DNA of 64,000 nt from an uncultured Clostridia bacterium. GTDB taxonomy: Bacteria; Bacillota; Clostridia; TANB77; CAG-508. The DNA lies in contig CAKPQH010000001.1 in assembly GCA_934178475.1 (NCBI GenBank), positions 68,128 through 132,127 on the forward strand. Reading direction: 5' to 3'. Positions 63,904-64,000 of this stretch are shown here, in pieces. A program made the position numbers and the translations under genes. The notes beneath the pieces were generated by a model that was not told where the DNA came from, did no database searches, and was given only the letters and a program-made list of their open reading frames with translations. Position 1 is the stretch's first letter, and each line of letters starts with the position of its first letter.

Positions 63904-64000
63904 ATGGGATGGGTTATTTTAATAATTATTGTTTTAATTATAATTTTTATAATAGGTATGTATAATAGATTAGTTACTTCAAGATTAAAAGTTGAAAACG
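63904..64000 (+). CDS. LemA family protein, N-terminal fragment running off the window
   Basis: MGWVILIIIVLIIIFIIGMYNRLVTSRLKVEN is the characteristic LemA N-terminal TM plus YNxLV motif. GGAGG RBS. Confidence 0.55.
   Translation, partial: MGWVILIIIVLIIIFIIGMYNRLVTSRLKVEN

Overview
This window is a low-GC Firmicutes-type chromosomal region, probably from a Clostridia-like strict anaerobe. It uses the standard genetic code and has rpoD-dnaG synteny, an HydABC electron-bifurcating [FeFe] hydrogenase and Spo0E/SpoVB-like genes. Housekeeping genes frame both ends. On the left: a partial topA, hup, rpsU (missed by the ORF track), an M16 peptidase pair, and rplM-rpsI. On the right: a D-Ala-D-Ala carboxypeptidase, tRNA-Cys and tRNA-Gly, an EndA-like nuclease, hydABC, asnS, hsp20, a two-component system, rpoD and dnaG.

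The centre, about 13989..44193, is one roughly 30 kb minus-strand gene array. It encodes:
- four very large predicted surface proteins of 1206, 3649, 1879 and 518 aa, built from FN3/Ig-like, DUF11-like and GLUG beta-helix repeats;
- an embedded REC-GGDEF response regulator;
- a complete but aberrant F-type ATPase gene set in canonical order (c, b, alpha, gamma, beta, epsilon);
- two further membrane proteins, followed by a 684-aa coiled-coil protein with a polyacidic tail.

The F1 catalytic signatures are intact, but the c-like proteolipid lacks the ion-binding carboxylate and there is no recognisable a or delta subunit. I read this as an F1-like rotary ATPase without a functional Fo, coupled to giant surface proteins. 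The closest known analogue is the Mycoplasma F1-like X0 ATPase and the M. mobile gliding machinery, here in a walled Firmicute and under c-di-GMP control. It is the main candidate for an undescribed system.

Other points: a Phd/YefM-ParE/RelE toxin-antitoxin pair abuts the locus; a (CT)12 microsatellite sits upstream of a pilin-like gene; and an ORF-free, higher-GC leader precedes a TTG-start membrane protein. No CRISPR, transposase or integrase was seen. All calls are from reading the sequence; no database search was run.
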